A stretch of 64,000 bases of DNA from Bugula neritina (lineage: Eukaryota > Animalia > Bryozoa), in the NCBI GenBank assembly GCA_964035545.1, contig OZ037767.1, forward strand, positions 16,548,581 to 16,612,580. Reading direction: 5' to 3'. Below, piece after piece: positions 57,553 to 64,000 of the stretch. The position numbers and the translations under genes were made by a program. The notes beneath the pieces were generated by a model. That model worked only from the letters and a program-made list of their open reading frames with translations, was not told the DNA's origin and ran no database searches. How positions within the stretch are numbered: the first letter of the stretch is position 1; every line of letters starts with the position of its first letter.

Positions 57553-57896
57553 GCCTAGGGCCACACTGTGCGTATTTTCGCATGCGAAAATTGAAATCAC
57601 AAGTAGCAAAGGTGTCCACTGTGCGCGTCGAGAAAACATTCGCACTTGTTGTTCAGCATTTTCAACGCAAGTGCGAATCGTCTCTGTCGTCGTCACCTAA
57701 TTGGCTGGTAGTTATTCAGCGAGCCCAATTTCTTTATTTTAGTGTTACATTCCAGTAAATTTCGTTTTATTGAAAGCGAGTGCGATTTAAAAATGAAAGC
57801 TTTATTTATCACGCATCACTGATGCTACAGTGGACACCTTTGCTACTTGTGATTTCAATTTTCGAATGCAAAAATACGCACCGTGTGGCCCTAGGC
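57553..57896. mobile_element. MITE, PIF/Harbinger (Tourist)-like
   Basis: ~70-bp TIRs gcctagggccacactgtgcgtatttt...aaaatacgcaccgtgtggccctaggc, with TAA on both sides. Confidence 0.85.
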
Positions 57897-59695
57897 TAAA
57901 TTTAGGTGGTGTAAAATAATTATGGTGGAATACAAAGCATAGAATATACAGGACTTTACGAAACAAAATATAAAATTAAATAACTGAAATTCTACTGACC
58001 TTTGGTCTCTTGCTGACGCACCATATTGTTATGCGAAATTTGTGACTTCCGACAACATGGATCTGATAGTGATTATTCACAAAGGCTGAAACTATAAAGC
58101 TATAAGACACGTCTATTATAGTTGGCTCCGATTGTTCATTGAATTATAAGCCGACCAAGCAGGCTGAGGCACAGCAGCATTAAGTCATGCAGCAGGCAAG
58201 TTATAAAATCAAGCCTGAGATCGCCCAAATGTACAACAAGATAACTATTATCTTTACAGTAACAATCTAATTGAATAATTCATATCTACTTTTAAAACCT
58301 ATCTGCACCCACTATAATAAACTGTATGTATTTCAACATCAAATATTGTCAAAATAGGAAATAAAATACTTTTTCAAAATTTAAATGCTCAGAATTAATA
58401 GTTTTGTATGCAAATGATTAAATCAAAAATACAGAATACTAATTTTCCTTGAGAAAGAATTTGAACAGCTGATAAATTATATATATATATATACATAGAG
58501 CAGCTGATGCTATATTTCCATAATATCAATATTGTGTTTCCTCATCGCCATGGATACTGTTTCCTGATTTCTGAATCATGAGAAGGAATTGAGGTAGCAG
58601 GGGTAGGGTTTGGGGTTAAAACAAGGTGGTAGGGTGGAGTAAGTATAAGCTATGACAAAATATAAATGATGTTAACACAAACTAAATTTTACCCTTAGCC
58701 ATGATGCAAATAGAGACAGTATATAACTAACTTGGTTACACTAGATAGGTTCTGAGATTATAGTAGATCAGAGCAAATTATTATATATTATCTCAGAAAT
58801 GAATAGAGAATTACTGAAAAAATAGCATTTATACATTTTAGTTAGTAAAATCAGAAGAATATGCTAAACTACAAGTGATTATATTATTGTATTAGTAATG
58901 TCTATATATAACTGTATATGTAACTGTTTCAAATAATTATAATAGTACTATGTAGTCTATTAGTTCCATCATACTGAGCTTTATTTAAATATTCAGTTAA
59001 AGTTGTATTGCTTGTATGAGAAACTTTACATTTCTATTTATATACATAATAAAATACACAGTATATATATATATATTTATAATAACTTCCACAGATATGA
59101 AACACGTTAAATATATTTTATTAAAAATTAATTAAATTATGTAAAGACTAACTGACACTTTTTTTAAAAAGTTCCCAGCAAACTTAGCCATGTTATCTAT
59201 ATATACGTGTAGATATAATGTAATTCCAATACTCAAAGGCTATCAATATTATAATATTTTCTCTCATGAATTCCTTTTCAAAATAACAGAGTGTCACATT
59301 AACTGGGATTGTATTTAAATTATATAGAGAGAGTAAACTTTGATTTGTGTATAACATTTAAATGAATTTAACATGACTTTTACTTAAATAAGCAAGTGGA
59401 TTGAGTTTTACAGACTGGTGGGGTTTGCAATAATATTATTACATAATTATTTAATCTATTGTCAATTATAAGCCATATCCTTATAAAGATCACTTTTATT
59501 TTTATTAATGTTTTCTTTCAAAAAAGGACAGGGTGTTTGCATTATAATACATTGATATAATTCTTAAAACATAATAAAACTATCATCTCACCCTCCCCTC
59601 CCCGATGTTGTATTGTTTTAGTTCAACATATAAAACAGAAGACTCAGTTACATCTAATAGTTACTCTCACTTTTATTAGAGTGTACACCTTGAGC

Positions 59696-62600
59696 ATGGT
59701 AAGTTCCCTGTATATTTTAGTGTATTTTACTTATACTTTATAGTTTATATAATATATAAAAGTTAAGAAATTTATTATATTTATAAATTATTATTATGGT
59801 ACCTGGGGTAGTTCTAGTTTTCAGTCAATAAAAGAATAGCTGGCTATGATATCTTACAGACTATACCCCAAACCCTTAGGCTTAGGCGATGCATGTTGTT
59901 ATAATTGTTTCAATAACTTCTAGCATTTAAAACAGCTCTCTGTCAAATCTAAATAGTTAACACAATGCTAAGTGAATCTGTTGTTTTTCTATTAGATCAT
60001 TGAAATAACATTATATATCTTGTTTCTGATAAAATTTAGGTGTAATTGATTAATTAAAAGTAGTTAATAAATTTTTTATGTTGTTATGTTAAAAAGACTG
60101 CTTGCAATTATATTAAAAGTATATACCATAAACTATTTAGGACTTTTTAATTTTCCTTATAATATGTGATGGCTCCCGTCAGTTTTGGTCTCTTGGCATT
60201 ATTCGCTATTGTTAGTTATAAGGGGTTTTATCTATAGTTGTCATAAATAGGTCAGTTTTAGCTTTTAGTGTGTAATAGTCAATTAACATGTGCTCTTTCT
60301 AGCTGTCCAATCAGTTTTGTGATATCTGCTATGGTTTATGAATGATTGGTGTTTTAATGAGCCATTCCATGGTTGGCAAGCTGGTCACGTGATTAGAACA
60401 TAATAGCGCGAACTTTAATAATAGTTGAAATAGCGGCGTAGTGTAGAGCGCAACGTAATTAGGTATAATTTGACTGAGAATTGTTACTAATAATAAACAT
60501 GGCGACTGGATCGCGCTGCAAGTTAATAGAAAACATATATTGACAATTTAAAAGAATGTTTCTACATTGAAAATTATGGACAAGGACTGAAGAGTAGGGG
60601 TGATAATAGTAATGATGAACTTAGTGACAACAGTGATGCAAAAAAGTTAGATTTTATTATGAAACCACGTGGCATTATAGTATTAATCTCTCAGGATAAT
60701 CATCAAAATGTTCTCATTATACTGAACTCAACTTTGAAATATTGATTAAGATATTGCAGATATGAATTTTAAATTAATATTTTCATGATCAGCATAAAAA
60801 ACCACCCCTAGTAACTAACTTTTGGGCTGATGGAGCTAATTGAAGACACTGTTGCTAGGTAGATAAACAACGAATTTAGTACAATTTTGAGTCGCCGAAC
60901 TTTGACTGTTAATTACTCGCAATAATAAAAGGCGTTTGTTGTGGACCGCTGTGTGTATAACCTGGCATATTTCTGGTTCTATTTGACTGATTTTAAAAAT
61001 TTAAAGTGCAATGTGATCACAAAGTCCTACTCTATTCATCCACATCAAAAAGTAAAAATCTTGGATGACCCCCAAGAGACCAAAAATGACAGCAGCCATC
61101 ACATATATTGTGTAATAGTAGACAGCCACAATAGTTGATATAAAATTATTATAGCATTAGTACAAGCATTAATGTAATTACCTATAACTTAAGGTATCAG
61201 AGTATATTATGTAATTACAGCAATTCATTTTATATTCATACAAACTTTGTTGAAGGAAGCAGAAAAGAAGAGTTCAAGGACATCAGAGACACACAGAGGT
61301 GTTCACGGAATATCTTTGGTGTTCTGTATTATAAATCTTCTCCTGTGGGTTTGCTTACTGTTCTACGGTGTATTTGAAGTATCAAACTTGTACAGAGAAG
61401 TTGATAGTCTTACAGCTGCTACTAGAGAGAAACCGCCTGCTGCGATCTTGACACAAACTAAACAGGAAGTAGAAGAAAAACTCATATCGAGGTTCACAGA
61501 GGACATCAAACGTGTTCGAAGAGAAAATGAAAGGGAAAGAAAGAGTATAGAAGAAGAAAACAAAGAGTTGAAAGAAAAGTTGCTTTCACTAGAAACACAA
61601 TATGATAACTTCAAGAGATTCTGGAAGGAGATGGTGGAGAAAGTAGGTAGTCGTTAGTTTACTTATTCACATGAAACAAGCGTAGCCAGTCATTTCTTGG
61701 TATATAATAGAATTAGTTTACTGTAGGTTGTCACCCATGAGAGTAAAAGTGAAGTGAGAGTAGAGAAACCAGAAGTAACTCAAGCTCTGTGTTTATTATG
61801 ACTAACACCTCGACTGAGAGTGACAGTACTGACTCAGGGAGTGGGGAATCTCAATTTCTGATTGGTAAAGAGGTGGGATATAGTATATTGTGTTAATGCA
61901 GTAATGATAAATATATATTTTACTTACCTGAAATTGCAATAACAGAGTAATCTATTCCATTGGTTGCAGGTGCTGTTTCATGAGAATAGAGAGAGTAATG
62001 AGTGGATAACTCCAGGCAATAACTTTGGCTCCACTACATCAAAACGAACTAGTACATCTGAACCTGCTAGTGCAGCAGAGATGGGTAGTTCAGCCAATAG
62101 AAACAAATATAAAGCAGAAGAAGGGAACCCCACCGTTCTTCACCACACTTCATTCAAGAAGATTGAGAGTTCTTTGGGCTATGGTGACACAGAACTGCCT
62201 TTACCTGAGCAAATTGTTGAACTTCTAGGTAAAGTATATAATATCTATTATGTAATAACAATATTACGCTAACATGAAATTAGTATGTTCTTGTTGCTTT
62301 ATTCAGGAGTCACATGATGGTTTTCCATTCCATAGCTTGTAGGCAAGGACCAAAAGGTGAAAAAGGAGTTAACGGAAAAGAAGGACTTGCAGGTATTGAT
62401 GCTGCGACTGGGCAGAAAGGAGAACTCGGCATTGTGGGAGAGAAAGGAGTGTCAGGAGATAAAGGAGAAAGTGGACTCCTTGGTGTTGATGGCAGAATTG
62501 GTAGAAAAGGAGAACCTGGTAATAATGGAGAAGTTGGGGTGCCTGAAGCAAGAGGTGAAAAGGGAATGCCTGCGGAAATCATGGAGAAAAAGGAGCTCCT

Positions 62601-64000
62601 GGTAAAAACGGAGCCGATGGAGAAAAAGGAGTTCAGGGTTTGAAAGGTGATAAAGGTTTTCCTGGAAGAAATGGGATCAAAAGGTGATAGAGGAATACCT
62701 GGAAAAATGGAAGAAATGGAGCACAAGGTAACACTGGTGCCAAAGGAGAGCCAGGTCAACCTGGAGCTCAAGGAGACAAGGGAATGATTGGTCAGAAGGG
62801 ATCAAAAGGAATACAAGGACAGACTGGAGTAAGAGGAACGTGACTGGCTTGAAGGGAGATTCTGGTAGCGCTGGTAGTCCAGGAGTCAAAGGTGAACAAA
62901 TAATGTACATTGTGTGAATCATTTATCATTACAAAAAATATTATACTAAATAGTATGTTGTATTACATATCGTATATTATATTGTGCAATATAGTGTATT
63001 ACTTATAATAGAACATACTATTATTAGTTTGACATGTGAAATTGCATTAAATTACTTCTCAAACGAAGCTGCAATTGCCATCCTTTCAAGTGCAAAAATC
63101 AATCTTCAGTATAGTTGAGTAGGAAAGCAAATGCCTTTCTAATATTTATCTGCAAATTCTGAACATCTCACAGCATTTCCAACCACTGATGTTTATGGGA
63201 AAGTAACTTTTTTTAAAATATTTTTTCTGCGGGTGACAGAGAAGTTAGTGGTCTAACTGGTGTTAAAGGAGCGCTCAGGGTGTCACTGGAAGAAAGGGAG
63301 ATAGAGGATTACCTGGTGCTACAGATGCTATGGGTGCTTCTGGAAATGTTGGAAGACCAGGTTTGAGAGGACCACCTGGACTTAATGGCATACCCGGTGC
63401 TAAAGGTGCAAAAGGTGCTTCTGGTAGTGTTGGTAGACCCGGTGCTAAAGGTGCTGCAGGTACTCCTGGTGTTAAAGGTGCAAGAGGAGTTCCTGGACTC
63501 AAAGGAGCACCAGGTAAAAATGTTACATATGGTTTACCAGGTTAACTAAAGAATTTCCATATTCAAAATCATGTTTTAATAACAGCTTATTGTGACATTG
63601 AAACATTCTTCCCTTCATACGTACTGCAATGTCAGGAGTTTTCACAAATATTGTTTATTCAAGGAGAGGATTGTCCAGTCCAAGATATTTTAGAAGCAAT
63701 TTTTGGTGGTAAGTGTTTACCTAGTCTTGTTTCCTAATAGTTGGTAGTCTTGTTCATAATGCTGATGAGAGGAATTCTATGCGGTGTAAGTAAAATATTT
63801 TCAGCTGACTACGACTTTGCTAACTATACACACATGCACTACTTTCTAGACACTGCAGGGAATTTCTACATACTGCACACTAATATAACAAAAAACTGGG
63901 ATGAAGCTAAAGAGTTCTGTGCCGAGCAAAAGGGGAGACAACTTGCTATTATACCAAGTTCCTGGGACGAGAGTCAGGAGTTTTTCAACAAACTTGAAGC
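59696..64000 (+). pseudogene. Transmembrane collectin copy E, pseudogene; runs off the window end
   Basis: ATG|gtaag at 59696-59698 and an intact exon at 61256-61642. Lesions: 1-nt deletion and stop in the exon starting 61727, several frameshifts in the collagen exon from 62336, acceptor AG>GG at ~63231, a 2-nt insertion at ~63272, and a 15-nt deletion in the CTLD exon from ~63850. Confidence 0.85.
60165..61103. mobile_element. Non-autonomous DNA transposon (~940 bp) in intron 1 of copy E
   Basis: 32-bp imperfect TIRs tgtgatggctcccgtcagttttggtctcttgg / ccaagagaccaaaaatgacagcagccatcaca with TA duplication; the empty site is visible in paralogous sequence at ~51290-51325. Confidence 0.85.

Noticed and set aside
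61727-63300. Programmed frameshifting or exon skipping rescuing copy E
   Set aside because: There are too many independent lesions (several indels, a lost acceptor, Gly substitutions); ordinary pseudogenisation or local assembly error is simpler

Overview
AT-rich, intron-containing animal DNA, probably from an invertebrate; the species cannot be determined from sequence alone. All gene models were spliced by hand using GT-AG junctions and phase consistency. Left part (1.1-25.5 kb): a 22-coding-exon TOGARAM1/FAM179B (Crescerin/CHE-12)-like gene on the - strand (~1664 aa) lies head-to-head with an unusually compact KNL1/Spc105-like kinetochore gene on the + strand (~649 aa, SILK-like + RVSF + few MELT-like motifs + coiled coil + RWD-like C-terminus). 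Many introns of both genes carry their own minisatellite. Right part (26.4-64 kb): a mirror-arranged cluster of type II transmembrane collectin/scavenger-receptor-like genes (short cytoplasmic tail, TM, coiled coil, Ser/Thr spacer, collagen, C-type lectin domain = CTLD). The order is A(-), B(-), orphan CTLD pseudo-exons(-), C(+, no lectin head), D(+), E(+, pseudogene). The copies are exon-level mosaics of each other, and the three intact lectin heads carry different sugar-specificity motifs (EPR, EPN, QPDNW). This modular receptor array is the best candidate for an undescribed system. Intergenic DNA contains a Penelope-like GIY-YIG fragment with two hammerhead ribozymes between (TA)n tracts, two LINE 3' fragments, two TIR elements and several satellites. 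The very long ORFs in the ORF track are satellite artefacts.
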